Source: Alloascoidea hylecoeti (taxonomy: Eukaryota). Taken from it: a stretch of DNA of 64,000 nucleotides. This document shows positions 36,931 to 49,369 of this stretch, in pieces; position 1 is the stretch's first letter; every line of letters begins with the position of its first letter. The stretch lies in the NCBI GenBank assembly GCA_001600815.1, contig BCKZ01000028.1:124001-188000 (forward strand), read 5' to 3'. Below the pieces are notes generated by a model. The model saw only the letters and a program-made list of their open reading frames with translations. It was not told the origin of the DNA and did not search any database. A program made the position numbers and the translations under genes.

Positions 36931-38526
36931 TTAAACAGCTTCGCTTACAGGTGAATTAGATAGAGAAGCACGATTTGAATCATGAACATTATCTGTTTTT
37001 TCATCATTATCAATGTTATTCTTTTCTGTAGAATATCTTCCAGCCTTTCTATTATTTATTTCTTGAGCAGTTGGTGAAACCCAATCGTTTGTTCTCCAGG
37101 CAGGTAATTTTTGTTCCCACATTATGTTGATTTCTTCTAAAGATTTACCCTTTGTTTCTGGGAATAATAGAAAGACATGTATCGTCATACAGAAACAAAA
37201 AACAGCAAAAATGATATAAGTTTTCCATGTTATGTTATGAAATGCTGGTGGTGTGAACATACCAATTGCAAAATTTAAAATCCAATCAGCGGCTGTCGTT
37301 ATTGAAGTTGCCTTTGCTCTTTGTCTATTTGGAAAGATTTCTGAACAATATAGCCAAGCACCTGGCCCCCATGATGGAGCAAAAGTACAAACAAATAGAT
37401 AGCAACATGCGATAATTGCCCTTGAAGCATTCTTATTATCAACGGTTAAATTGACATTTGAGTTGCCTTGAACAGATTCAACATGACGTCCATAAGTTGC
37501 CAATAAGCCGGAAATAGCAAATAACCAAATCATCATTCCGAAGGATCCTAAATATAATAATGGTCTTCTGCCCCAATTATCAATGAAAAGCAATGCTGGA
37601 ATTGTCATAACGGCGTTCAAAACATATTGAATAGAAGAAGCTACTAGATTTGTATTGCCGGTGTAACCAGCCATTTGAAAAATATAAACAATATAATACA
37701 TTAAAACGTTCATACCAGTTAATTGTTGCCAAACTTGACAAGATATACCAACCATTGTTCTATTAATATTTTTTTTATGAAACAATTCAGTAAATGACAT
37801 TGATTGAGATTCTTGATCAATTCTAACAGATTCCCGAATTTCTTCTAATTCAATTAAAACGGCTGAGTCATCTGGATTACCCCTTGATTGAATATTAACA
37901 ACGATTTCAACAGCTTCTTCCCATCTATTATTTGCTGCCAACCACCTGGGAGATTCCGGTAGGAAAAAAACACCAGTAAATAATAAAAGACCTGGCACAA
38001 TTTGAAGTCCCCATGCAATTCTGAATGAAGCAGCGCCATTTATTTTAGAGCAGCCAAAACAAATATAAAACATGATTAATATACCTATGGTAACAGACCA
38101 CTGAAAGAAGCAACCAAGTCTACCCCTTATATTTTTAGGAGAAATTTCAGAGACATATACAGGAACCTGAGCAGAAGCAAACCCAATTGCAAAGCCGGAT
38201 ATCACTCTGCCACAAATTAACTGGGCTCGATTCTGAGAAGAAGATTGTATAGCGGCACCAATACACCATACAACTGAGGCTATCTCAATTGATAATTTTC
38301 TGCCATATTTATCAGATATAAAACCAACAACCAAGGAGCCTAGAAAGGAGCCACCACTCATAGAACTTGTTATACCACCTTGAGTTATTGAATCGGGATA
38401 ATTAAAGTATTTAAGATAGTGTTCATCACCAACAAATGCAGATACACTTGATATATCGAAACCAAATAAAGCGCCTCCTATGCAGGCTATGAATGTTGTA
38501 AGATATGCATTATATACGGTAAACAT
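36931..38526 (-). CDS. HGT1: High-affinity glucose transporter (HGT1 subfamily of sugar porters), 531 aa
   Basis: LFGFDISSVSAF, QGGITSSMSGGSFLGS, VPVYVSEISPKNIRGR, QWSVTIGILIMFYI, QQLTGMNVLMYYIVYIFQMAGY and FPETKGKSLEE. Confidence 0.9.
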   Translation of the reverse strand: MFTVYNAYLTTFIACIGGALFGFDISSVSAFVGDEHYLKYFNYPDSITQGGITSSMSGGSFLGSLVVGFISDKYGRKLSIEIASVVWCIGAAIQSSSQNRAQLICGRVISGFAIGFASAQVPVYVSEISPKNIRGRLGCFFQWSVTIGILIMFYICFGCSKINGAASFRIAWGLQIVPGLLLFTGVFFLPESPRWLAANNRWEEAVEIVVNIQSRGNPDDSAVLIELEEIRESVRIDQESQSMSFTELFHKKNINRTMVGISCQVWQQLTGMNVLMYYIVYIFQMAGYTGNTNLVASSIQYVLNAVMTIPALLFIDNWGRRPLLYLGSFGMMIWLFAISGLLATYGRHVESVQGNSNVNLTVDNKNASRAIIACCYLFVCTFAPSWGPGAWLYCSEIFPNRQRAKATSITTAADWILNFAIGMFTPPAFHNITWKTYIIFAVFCFCMTIHVFLLFPETKGKSLEEINIMWEQKLPAWRTNDWVSPTAQEINNRKAGRYSTEKNNIDNDEKTDNVHDSNRASLSNSPVSEAV

Positions 38527-38679
38527 GGATACTTGTATATTTCTTAAGTTTATAATAAGATTTAAAAATGTTTTAGTTAAAATGAAAAGGGGGAAAATAG
38601 ATGGTTTATATATATTTCTGGGTGCCCTATATATGTATATTAAGTTGTAACTGCTGTCATCTTACATGCTAACTTTATA

Positions 38680-39040
38680 CCCCGGAAAATCGTTGAAACT
38701 TTAATATGCGCAATTCTCAAATGACATATCCATACAAAATTACTAATTAGCACAATTTAGCAGGTCTAATCTAGCCTTGTCAGGCAGTATCACTAATTAT
38801 TATAATAATAAGGATTAATTCTTTTTCTTTTGAGGTTTTTAGAATCATTCGGATTATATAGATTTCCCGGGTGTCTTTGTCTTTAACGTTTTGTGATCAT
38901 TCTTTTTTGTGGGGTTGTTGGCAGGTACTGCGCGTGGCCGTGTCCTCGTAAAAAAGAAAGATACATATACAGATATTGCTATTTTGATCGCAAAATCTTA
39001 AAGAGACAGCGACCACCGGGAAAACTATATAATCCGAATG
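38680..39040. promoter_or_regulatory. Candidate Mig1/CreA and Rgt1-type sites in the HGT1 promoter
   Basis: ccccggaaaat at ~38680 (reverse complement ATTTTCCGGGG) and TTTTTGTGGGG at ~38904 fit AT-box plus SYGGRG. CGGATTA (CGGANNA) occurs at ~38850 and mirrored at ~39030. Confidence 0.45.
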
Positions 39041-39100
39041 AATCTAAAAACCTCAAAATGAAAAGAAAATAAAGAAAACACTTATTATAATTAGTATTGA
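38790..39100. repeat. Decayed fold-back palindrome (~150-bp arms) with 43-bp core at 41/43 identity
   Basis: 38828-38870 is the reverse complement of 39016-39058 with 2 mismatches. Weaker symmetry extends inward (tttaacgttttgtgatca / tgatcgcaaaatcttaaa) and outward (ctaattattataat / attataattag). Confidence 0.9.
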
Positions 39101-41145
39101 GATCATCCGAGAATTGAGCATTAAAGTTTCAATCTTCATTACGTACACTTACTACAAAACATTTACTTTATGTTAAATGATCAAACGAGACTATACTGCA
39201 TGATAATATTTATAAGTTATATCTTATATATCCAATTGCAATCTTTTGTAATTAATATAATGTAGTTGGTTTGCACATATATAAAAATGTACAACTGGAA
39301 GGATACAGAATACAATTATAAGAGGAGTTGTCACCATGACTCAATTGCAAATTTTTGTCTAAAGCTTAGGTTGTTGAAAAAAGATGATGATTTTATCAAA
39401 TACTATTACAATATTAATGAAGTTTTCTATAGTGCTATGTCATTATAAGTAGTGCTAGTTTTCCTGACTTTGCATTCTGATGTATCTCTCCAGTCTGTAT
39501 TGATATCTATTAATTCCCACACAGTCTTTATATTCCGATATATATTTAAAATATGTAATTGCAATTTTAAATAATCGTAGCGATAAATGATGAACAGTAA
39601 TCTTTACCTTTTTATGGGGCCCCGCATACCCCATGGACGAAAGCATCCGGGAAAATTATATATTCCGAGTAAAACTAAACCCCAAAAAATAAAAAGCATA
39701 AAATTATTAATATATATGTATATAATTACAAATAGCTAATTAACATCCTGTTATATCCACTATATACATGTATTTATTAGAAGTTAGAACTCTTATGAGT
39801 TATAATTAATTATTCATGTACATTCAAATTAATTGTAATTTTATCTATGACACTATATGGCTAAATATAATGCTAATATAGCGGTTATTAATTGGTTTAA
39901 ATCTTTTAAATTTCAGAAAGTCATGTTCAGAATTATTCATAATAATATTTAAACTTAAAATTGTATCTGAAATTATCCTATAATTGTATATGAAGAGAGT
40001 CCCTAATCAAGTAGCATGCAAAAATGTAAAATGAAAAGTTTCTTTCGGTATTTCAAATCAACTCATGCCAAAGTACACAATATAATAACTTATTAATTTG
40101 TGAATTCAAGTAATAATTATAGTACATCGTTATAATTGACGTTGAGTGAAGAAATAGCTGTAATTTTCAGAGAAAAATTAAACTATAATACTTACATAAT
40201 GACGAAAAGCTTTCATGCAATTTATTTAGTATTTTTGTAATGTAACAAAATTCACAAATTTATCTACCTTCTCTGATCATTCTCTAGATAATATATAAGA
40301 TTTTAGATCACTTGTAATCTCTTCTACTTAATAACTTCTGGCTGAATTGAGCAATGATCCTTTAAACTTAGACACTAAAAGCTTCCACCCTACTGAAGTC
40401 AGGTAGAAAGGTTAAGTAGTTCTACTCACTCGATTGCAAAATATTATTTGATGGGAATTGAAAATAATTTCCTTAGAACATATGATAACCCAAACATTAA
40501 TATGAACTAATATTTAGCTCAAAAGGTGGACAAAGTGAATTGGAATGACTGGGTATATTATGTATTAATATTTGCACTAATTCCTAGTATTTTAATGTGT
40601 ATCCATGCATGCTCCTTGGTGAGGAATATAATATTATGATTGCATCTAGTTTATCCGAAATTAAGCTTTCTCAACTTAAATGCAATGGTAATGCATATAT
40701 AAGTCTAACTTATGCCCAATAATGTTGTATGGAAAAATAATTGGGACCAGCTGCAGTCTGGTAAATTGAGGATTTTATAATGATTCAGACTGCAATCAAT
40801 CGACCAACTCTTTAGGTATACAATAGAATCGTATATTGTGAAAGTATCTAAACACTCTTGAACAGTCAACAAAAGGTCGGCTTTTTGCCCAACTGGTTCG
40901 ACACAGTCTCTTCAAAATATATAAATAATATAAATCTTCCTTCCTATTGCAACAAAAAAAAATTCAATCCTTACACTTAAATTCAGCCACATTTTTAATT
41001 AGCGATGGGTGATGCACTAAATATTCGACCATATTGTTACGGCCTCAACAGAACACTTCAAACATAATCAACAAGTGTATTGTTCTTATAAGCGGAAATA
41101 AATCAATAATAGGTTGGATACACCAGAAAATGTGAATCGGAACGG

Positions 41146-41258
41146 AGTGAAACAACTTGAAGGAAAGCAATATATATTAATCTAAAGTAGGCGAATATTC
41201 AGTGAAACAACTTGAAGGAAAGCAATATATATTAATCTAAAGTAGGCGAATATTCAGT
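41146..41258. repeat. Perfect 55-bp tandem duplication
   Basis: agtgaaacaacttgaaggaaagcaatatatattaatctaaagtaggcgaatattc twice, followed by agt (3-bp microhomology). Confidence 0.97.
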
Positions 41259-43996
41259 TCATCACACGGCCGATTATTTAGTTTAAATTTAAGAGGAACA
41301 ATTAACACTGTACCTAATAATTACTTGAGAATAGAACTAAAACAATTCAATCAGTTGTACAAATCACTCCATGATTTGTTTACAACTAATTACCCGTAAA
41401 TAGGTACAAATTTGTATGTGTGCAATGGTTAACATTAAACTAAATTTAAACGAATCATACAACGAATTATTGTGCCATGGGCATTTATTTTTGTATTTTT
41501 ACACCTATAGCTACATTGATTCTAGTCGGCTGATATAAGCATATAGTAAACTCCAAGTGACTCCACTGCATATGAAAATAAGCTCAACGATATTGACTGA
41601 CATGTAGATATTAATTCTGTAATTACAAACATTAACGGCACCTTCAATATTAATTTAGTACTAATACATAATTGTAATTGGATTTCATCTTATTTGTAAT
41701 TATGTTAATAAACCTAAGCTGAATCAAGGACTTTATAATTATGATCTTTTTTTTCTTATATACTACCTATGGATAGCTAGTTAAAATAATATAGTAAATC
41801 CGAATCTCATTGTTTTTTATCTGAATTTTTGCCAGTGTTTGTATTTACGATCAATGTCGTACTTGAGCTTTCAATTTGAAAATCCAAAACTATTTCTATG
41901 TCAAGAGCCAAAAAAAACTTCAATTAGGAAATTTAAGTATGAAATATATACTTATTTTAAACTTCAATTAGTTTAGAATTTAAATGAAGCTATTTTACCC
42001 ATATAATTAATATTAATTTCGATTTAATTGGGCGGCTGTGGCCAGGCCAGATCATATTTACCATAACTAGTAATCTTAATTAACTGATTAACCCATGGTG
42101 TACTCCTGTTAAATTATGAATTTAAAACTATTTTTTTATTTATATAAATATGTTTAAGTTGTTATAGCTACGCCTTGAAGACCGTATACGTAGGTTTGTG
42201 ATACATGTATAGATATACAATTAATATTTCTCATTATAATTATATATAGATAGCTAGTATCATAGTAGTAAAATGTCAATTTCGAATTCATGTTTAAAAT
42301 ATTTATTAATATATTATATTCACAGAATGATATCTTGAGTTTATAGAAATACACACACAAATAGCTAAGGATATTCAGATTAAATTACACATATAATTTT
42401 ATCTGACATAATATAGCTTATTGTTAAAACAATCATATAGAGCAAAATTCATCAACAGATTCAACATTACCAGGCCTGTATGTATGGGCCCAGGGAAAGT
42501 ATAAACATGATGGTAATGATTAGTTTATAATAATAATTATAATATTGAATAAATTTAAAAGCTTAATTAATTAAGAAGACTAACCATGGTCCAGGTCCAC
42601 CAACAATTGGATGATGAAACTCTAGACCTACAAACAACTTTAATATAACTATATATAATTATAATGTATAAGAAGGAAATAAATTTAAACGACATCGATC
42701 ATAAGCTTAATGGTGAAAAAGAATGAATTAGAGCCATATAATGATACACACATTACAAATAAACTATATCTACTTTTGGGGGAAATAAAAAAATGGCGTA
42801 TAGCAAAATCAAAAAAAAGCCCAGGAACTGAGAAAGGTTCAAAATTCTTATTTGAAGACACAATTGGTAGCATGTGCACTTTATTTGGTAACTTGGTATG
42901 TAAATCGGCCCTATACGATAATTAGATAATCACCATATAGAAATTCCCAATTAAGAATATTTATTAAACCTAGGTAACTAAACGAGTATTTCAATTCCTA
43001 ATTGTAAAATATAGTGAATTGCTCCTTATGATTTTTAGCATTAATTGCCAAATGAATCTCCAGTAAATATTTTCTGATTATGCATATAACTTGAAATTAT
43101 ACTATAAAAATAATACAATGTATTGCTAGATATGGTATAATTATAATTAATTATTACAATGTTAAATCAACCAAATTAGGAATAATTATCAAATAAGCTT
43201 ATAATTTCAGCTGATATATGCATATACGGTGTTCACCTAGTGGAACCCCACTTAAAAAGAATATTAATATATGATCTGTATTTTTTGTGAATCAAGCTTA
43301 AGTGTAAGAGAGTTTTGTTGCTTGTTGAATATATATAGTGTTGTTAACGTTTAATATACATTGAAACTGTATAGTGGGTTACCTTTATTTTTATTATTCC
43401 CTAGTGAAGCTAGATTTAATACCATTGAATTCTACAAATTACAATATTGAATATCTCAGAAATATACCATGATGGGTTTCAATCGACATTGATTATGTAT
43501 AATATTGTATATATACGATTTGAGGTCCATAAAGGCCAATTAAATTAAAATATCAACTAGCCCTAATTCCTAGTTAGCTTAATATCATATGCCCAATGTC
43601 AATGATTGGAAACTTATGCTTAAGAGTTTTCCTGATTTGTTTGTAATGAATCCAAATAATCATATGCATCAACGTTACAAATAAGCTATTATTATCCTGA
43701 TTAACAATATAAGCCAACATATAGGTTTAGATACATAATTAAATCTGATATGTAAAAATCATAAGATCTTCACGAGCTAACATTTGAGGACTAAACTAAT
43801 CTTCCTCTAGGCTGGCCATTCTTATGGTTATATTTAATAGTTCAAATTTGGTTAAATGGAAGAAAATTGCAATTGAACCTAGATTACATAAACTTTAAGG
43901 CTATATAGAATTATAAGTTATAAATCCATCAAAATATAAATTGATTCATTATTCCCTTGTTGCTTTTGACTTTTAAATTCAAACATATATTCAATC

Positions 43997-45613
43997 ATGA
44001 CAAAATCCAAGCCAGCATCAGTAATTATTACAAATCCCCAAAAGTCAAGTTTTATAAGGCCATTATCAATTGGAGAATGGACATTTATGCTTTTACAGTA
44101 TCGAAATTTATTTGGTTATATAACGGTAACTTCTAGATATACTAAACCAATAAAGAGGTTTGAAATAATGAAAGCAATTAAATTAATCATAATTGATAAT
44201 CCGTGGTTATTATCAAACGTTTTCACTGATAATGTCAAATGTAAACCTAAAGATTGTCAATGGAGATATGTTGAGAAAGTGGAACTAAATGATGTCGTAC
44301 AATTTATTCATGTTAACGATAATGATATTGATCAAAAAGATGACAATAAAGCTAAACTTGATCCAAAGGTATGCTCTGATATACTTTCGTATAGTTTGAA
44401 TCTTAATAATAAAAATGCGTTATTATGGAAGATAATTATTGTTAATGAAGTCGAGGTTTGTTTCCTATTTAATCATGGCATGTTTGATGCGATGTCTGGA
44501 GTTTTTATTCAGAAACAAATTCTTGAAACGCTTAGGAGAAATGAAAATACTCCCTTTAAAGAAGATAATTTGTCCACCATTATTACTAGATACGATTTAC
44601 CAGAAAAAGTTCCCCACATCCATGATCCAGCTGCATTACTTCCATATTCAAGTTCTGCTTTATTTCTTTTGAAAACTATTTCACTACAATTACTGCCAAA
44701 TTTCTTGAAGCCGAAATATTTAAGGTTTAAAAGATTCGGACCACCAATTGAGAACTTTAGAAATATAAATGATGATAAGATCCAGGAACGTTTTAATCAA
44801 AAAGGGAATGTTAAAATCGCAATAATTAATTTGAATACGATTGAAACAGAAAATATTATTAAGGCGTGTAAAAAGAAAGAAGTCACTGTTACTTCATTTT
44901 TAAATATAGCAGGTGTCAAAACAATCAGTAAAATTTTAAAATCAAACAACTTGCTTTATCAGACGGCTGTTGATCTTAGAAGAATTATTTCTGTAGAAAA
45001 TTCGAATTTAATCTCAAAATATACAAATAAAACTTCAAAAGAATTAATTGGTTTTTTGAATACAACACTCGATTTATATTATGATGATGAAAAATCAAAT
45101 AAGATCTCATTTTGGGAAAATGTTTCGAAACATAGAAAAGACGTTTTAAAACAGTTAACAAGTGATTTCATTTTTAAAAAAACACTTGGTTCTTTGGTTT
45201 TTTCACCATTTTTTCCTAAAACCGGTTATAAAGCTACTAATCTATTTGCAATTTCAAAAAGAACATCATCATTTGTTTTGTCAAATCTAGGTTATCAACA
45301 TACTAAATATCTTTCGAATTCAAAATTTAATGTTGAAAGAATGACATTTGTAACTTATTCAGTTTGGGGATGTGCAGCATTAAAGATTGATTGCATTACA
45401 ACAAACAACAATAATTCACCTGTTATGACTCTTTCACTACAGTGCGGTCCAAACTCTTATACGGATATAGAATTCGAAAATATTAAAAATGAGTTTCACA
45501 GGAAGATTACTGATCCAAACATATTGATGGATGATACAATTGCAAATAATATGGATACCCGTAAAAATGATGAATTGTACTTGAATGAAAAATCTAATTA
45601 TCATATGCTTTAA
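43997..45613 (+). CDS. Alcohol acetyltransferase / CoA-dependent acyltransferase family (ATF/SLI1-like), 538 aa
   Basis: IRPLSIGE at the N-terminus, LWKIIIV, catalytic HxxxD in NHGMFDAMSG, CKKKEVTVTSFL, VDLRR and FVLSNLG. Confidence 0.85.
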   Translation: MTKSKPASVIITNPQKSSFIRPLSIGEWTFMLLQYRNLFGYITVTSRYTKPIKRFEIMKAIKLIIIDNPWLLSNVFTDNVKCKPKDCQWRYVEKVELNDVVQFIHVNDNDIDQKDDNKAKLDPKVCSDILSYSLNLNNKNALLWKIIIVNEVEVCFLFNHGMFDAMSGVFIQKQILETLRRNENTPFKEDNLSTIITRYDLPEKVPHIHDPAALLPYSSSALFLLKTISLQLLPNFLKPKYLRFKRFGPPIENFRNINDDKIQERFNQKGNVKIAIINLNTIETENIIKACKKKEVTVTSFLNIAGVKTISKILKSNNLLYQTAVDLRRIISVENSNLISKYTNKTSKELIGFLNTTLDLYYDDEKSNKISFWENVSKHRKDVLKQLTSDFIFKKTLGSLVFSPFFPKTGYKATNLFAISKRTSSFVLSNLGYQHTKYLSNSKFNVERMTFVTYSVWGCAALKIDCITTNNNNSPVMTLSLQCGPNSYTDIEFENIKNEFHRKITDPNILMDDTIANNMDTRKNDELYLNEKSNYHML

Positions 45614-47283
45614 ATATTAATTTTATATTTATAATTTTAATAATGAATACAATACAATAAAATTTTATTTTATTTAATTTAATTATAAAAAGCATAATGA
45701 GAATTTCAAATTTACAAATATTTTTTTAGGAAACAGATGGTCATGGCATATAAATGATATATATACCATAAAAGTATAGGCTAGCGCTTATGGGGGACAA
45801 AAGATTCTATACTACAAGTACAAACTTATGGGTATACAAACAAATAAGTAGAGCTTTTACGTAGTATGGTGAATAAACAGTAAAATTTAGATAAAATGAA
45901 GTTCAAATTTTTTTTAAATTTATTTATCCTAAATATTCGAAATCTTAAAACTTCCCAAATCTCACAGGCCTGTTAAGTTCATAACATATTTCGTCATAAA
46001 TTTTAGGAAATTAGATGTGTAGGGTGAGTTGAATAACAGCCGGCGCCATTCGTATATAACTAAAACATTTTAAAATTTTGACGTATTTATTTATCGCCTA
46101 GCTGAAAAAATAAGCAAATAAATATAAGTTACTAGGCTTGCTTGTCGTTCTCCTAGATGCCTTTCCTATAAAAATTATCACCTGTTTAACGTTAATTGAC
46201 AACTCGTTTATCCCTTTTATTCAGACACGCATGATCAAGCCGAATAAAGGATGCTCATGAGGAGGTGACCCAATCATCTGGCGATAATCGAATAGTTATT
46301 GGATTTAGTATTGCTATTATACTAACCTTACAATGTGGATCTTTGCATAATTCGATCGTCACTTGTGACTAGGAACAATTCGTAGATATGACAATAAAAT
46401 TCAAAAATAAAATTGGTTTGTCCTTACAAAATAATATTAGTTTCGTTATGTAATTCTTGCGCTTTAATACTGCCTGAGATATCCATCGCTATCTTCATTA
46501 AATGTGTGCGACTAGAGCTCGAGATTTATTAAAGAAAAGAATTAAGGTATGAGCCGTACACTCGCAGTGAACCTATAAACTATAAAGTTTTGCTCCAGAT
46601 GTTATTACAAACATTTTTTAATGTTAAGCTTTAGTCCGGCGGGCGATTCCATTGCATTTAATCTGAAGCTTAATTGTAAGCTTTTAAAATGTTCATTGAT
46701 GTTACTGTTCAGTGTTTACCAAGAAGACACTCCCCAATATAATATGATAAAACAGTTGGAAATAATTTTAGTTTTCGGTTAAGCATGAGGGATCAAAGAC
46801 CAAAGCGGGACCTCGTGTCATCTCCACAATCTGTGAAGATCTGAATATTGATAAGTTTCAAGAATGCAAACGTGTATTAATGTTAATTTTTGTTAATAAA
46901 GTGTCAATTGGGCCGATATTTTGTAAAAGAAATATTTGATTCAAACTCTGTAAGTTTTATAATAGTGATATCAATTCAAATTGTGGAGTAAACTCATTAA
47001 TATAGAAGTTTAAGAAAGAACAATAATCATAATGAATAGTAAAAATTTAAAACTTTAGTTTTGAATGAAAATTCTAAACATTGATTAAAAATATTTATAA
47101 TTATAATGGAGTCTAGTGTTACAATATATTGACATTCATTATAAATGAAGAAAGATTAAAATATAAATTATCAAAAATGCAAAACTTTAGCTATAGCTAT
47201 TATTATTATTATTCTATTAAGGAACATTAGCTGTAACTATGAATAGTTCGTGTAAAATCAGCAAAATCAAATCATCATGTGAA

Positions 47284-49017
47284 TTAGCACCAAAAATTCC
47301 AACTTCTAATATACCATGGTCTAGTAGCCATCATGGCCTTCTCTTCAGCGATTTCTTGTTTCAAAATATCCATGTCAAATTCCCTTCTTCCACTATCTAA
47401 GTCAATCTCAGATAATGGAACCCATAATCTCCAAGCCTTCTTAAATATCATGTAACCAAACCAGAAGGCTAAAACAACAGGTAATGCCAAGTAAGCTTGA
47501 AAAAATGCTGACGCATCAGGAGATTTTCCAATTGGATATAAAGCAATCCAAAACTGAGCAACTAGAATTAAAAGATTGAGTATTAAACCGAACCAAGAGC
47601 CGATCACACCAGCTTGTGAAGTGAAAGCTAATTCATCTACTCCACGGTTATGTGTCTTTAATGCACTTCTAAATCTGATGTGAGCTAAACAAATTGAACC
47701 CCAAGTAAATACAGAAGATAAACCTGATAATGCTAATAACCAATTGAAAACTTCACCTTGTTTATCAGAGGCTGAAACAAAACACAGTAATCCAAAAAAT
47801 AAACTGATTCCAACTCCAACTAATGGTCTACCTTCTCTATCAATATACGATAACCATTTTGGACCGAGACCTTGATCACCTAAAGCAGCTAAAGTTCTTG
47901 AGCAGCCGAAAACAGAAGAATTACCAACAGATAGAACAGCAATCATAATAACAACGTTCATAATTGAGGGCAAAGCTTTGATTCCTGCATTCCTAATTGA
48001 AATAACAAATGGTGATGCAGAAGCATCATAAGAAGAACTACCATTCAACAATTTTGGATCATTATAAGGAACCAATAACCCAACTAAAGTTAAAGAGATG
48101 ATGTAAAATAATAAAATTCTCCAGAATACTTGTTTTGTTGCCTTTGGTAAAGTTTTTCTTGGATTAGCAGTTTCAGCTGCTGCTAAACCGACTAATTCAG
48201 TACCGGCAAAGGAAAAAGCAGCTGTTACAAACACAGCACAAACACCTTTAAAACCAGCAGCAAAAGCACCAGGATCTTGCCAATATTTACCACCAATATA
48301 TCCACCTTTGGGACCACCACCACAAGTTAAAATGACACCTAGAAATATGAATCCAATTACTGCTACTACTTTAACAGTTGAAAATATGAATTCTGCTTCA
48401 CCGTAACCTTTCACACCAAAGAAGTTAATTGCTACAATTAAAACAAAAAATATTGAAACCCATGCAACAGGATTAATGGTGCTATTCCAGAATTGAATTG
48501 TAATTGAAGCTGCGACTAACTCTAAAGGTAATACAATCAACCACTGTAAAGCATAATTCCAACCCATTGCAAAACCCCATGATGGTGAAATAAATCTAAT
48601 TGAATATGTTGAAAAAGCACCAGCGACTGGAAAAGCAACAGACAGTTCTCCTAAAGCATGAACGGTACAAAAGATCATAATACCAACTAATATCCAGGCG
48701 ATAAGTAAAGCTGCAGGGCCACCAGTTGCCAAAGCTGAGCCGGAACCAATAAATAATCCGGTACCAATGGCACCACCGATTGCAATCATCTGAATATGAC
48801 GATTCTTTAAAGATCTTTGTAATGGAGATGCTAAAGCAGCTTTTTCAGCATCTGTTAAATTTGGATTATCTGATGTTCGTGGTTCAAAGCGTTTAAATGA
48901 ATCTTTGAATGATTGCCATTTCCCAACGTCTCTAACGTCTGTATAAACGTTTTCTTCAACTGGTATTTCACCACTAGAATTATCCGGGTATTTCTTGAGT
49001 TCGTCAGACGATGCCAT
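47284..49017 (-). CDS. GAP1: General amino-acid permease (YAT family), 577 aa
   Basis: LKNRHIQMIAIGGAIGTGLF, GYGEAEF, FVTAAFSFAGTELVGLAAAETANPRK, SPFVI and C-terminal WNFWC. Confidence 0.9.
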   Translation of the reverse strand: MASSDELKKYPDNSSGEIPVEENVYTDVRDVGKWQSFKDSFKRFEPRTSDNPNLTDAEKAALASPLQRSLKNRHIQMIAIGGAIGTGLFIGSGSALATGGPAALLIAWILVGIMIFCTVHALGELSVAFPVAGAFSTYSIRFISPSWGFAMGWNYALQWLIVLPLELVAASITIQFWNSTINPVAWVSIFFVLIVAINFFGVKGYGEAEFIFSTVKVVAVIGFIFLGVILTCGGGPKGGYIGGKYWQDPGAFAAGFKGVCAVFVTAAFSFAGTELVGLAAAETANPRKTLPKATKQVFWRILLFYIISLTLVGLLVPYNDPKLLNGSSSYDASASPFVISIRNAGIKALPSIMNVVIMIAVLSVGNSSVFGCSRTLAALGDQGLGPKWLSYIDREGRPLVGVGISLFFGLLCFVSASDKQGEVFNWLLALSGLSSVFTWGSICLAHIRFRSALKTHNRGVDELAFTSQAGVIGSWFGLILNLLILVAQFWIALYPIGKSPDASAFFQAYLALPVVLAFWFGYMIFKKAWRLWVPLSEIDLDSGRREFDMDILKQEIAEEKAMMATRPWYIRSWNFWC

Positions 49018-49134
49018 GAGTAATTATTTGAATATCTGAATTATATTAAAGAAAGGGAATTAAAGGAATAAACCTTCCATTTTATAATTATGGAAAATAT
49101 AACATCAAAGATTACTATTTCAGCAATAGCCACT

Positions 49135-49369
49135 GATAAGAGGTAACCTTATAATAATGTTTTGTGCTGTGTCATATGTATCGCCTACAGTTATGCATAT
49201 GCATTAATAGTATTAGGATTTGCCGAGAAGCACTGGTAATAACCTACCTTGCAGCTATAGCCTCCAGCCAACAAATTAGGAATAAGCGATTCCTCTTTGT
49301 ATGGTAGATTAGTATATGCATCTACTTTAATTTGGTACTACTGCAACATCTTGGCATGCATTTGATAAG
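49135..49369. promoter_or_regulatory. GATAAG (Gln3/Gat1-type) elements upstream of GAP1
   Basis: GATAAG at 49135-49140 and 49364-49369, consistent with known nitrogen-catabolite control of GAP1 homologues. Confidence 0.45.

Noticed and set aside
40885..40915. GGTTCGA B-box-like word suggesting a tRNA
   Set aside because: There is no proper T-stem register, acceptor stem or anticodon arm.
41146..41258. CRISPR-like array
   Set aside because: Only two adjacent copies with no spacer, in a eukaryotic context.
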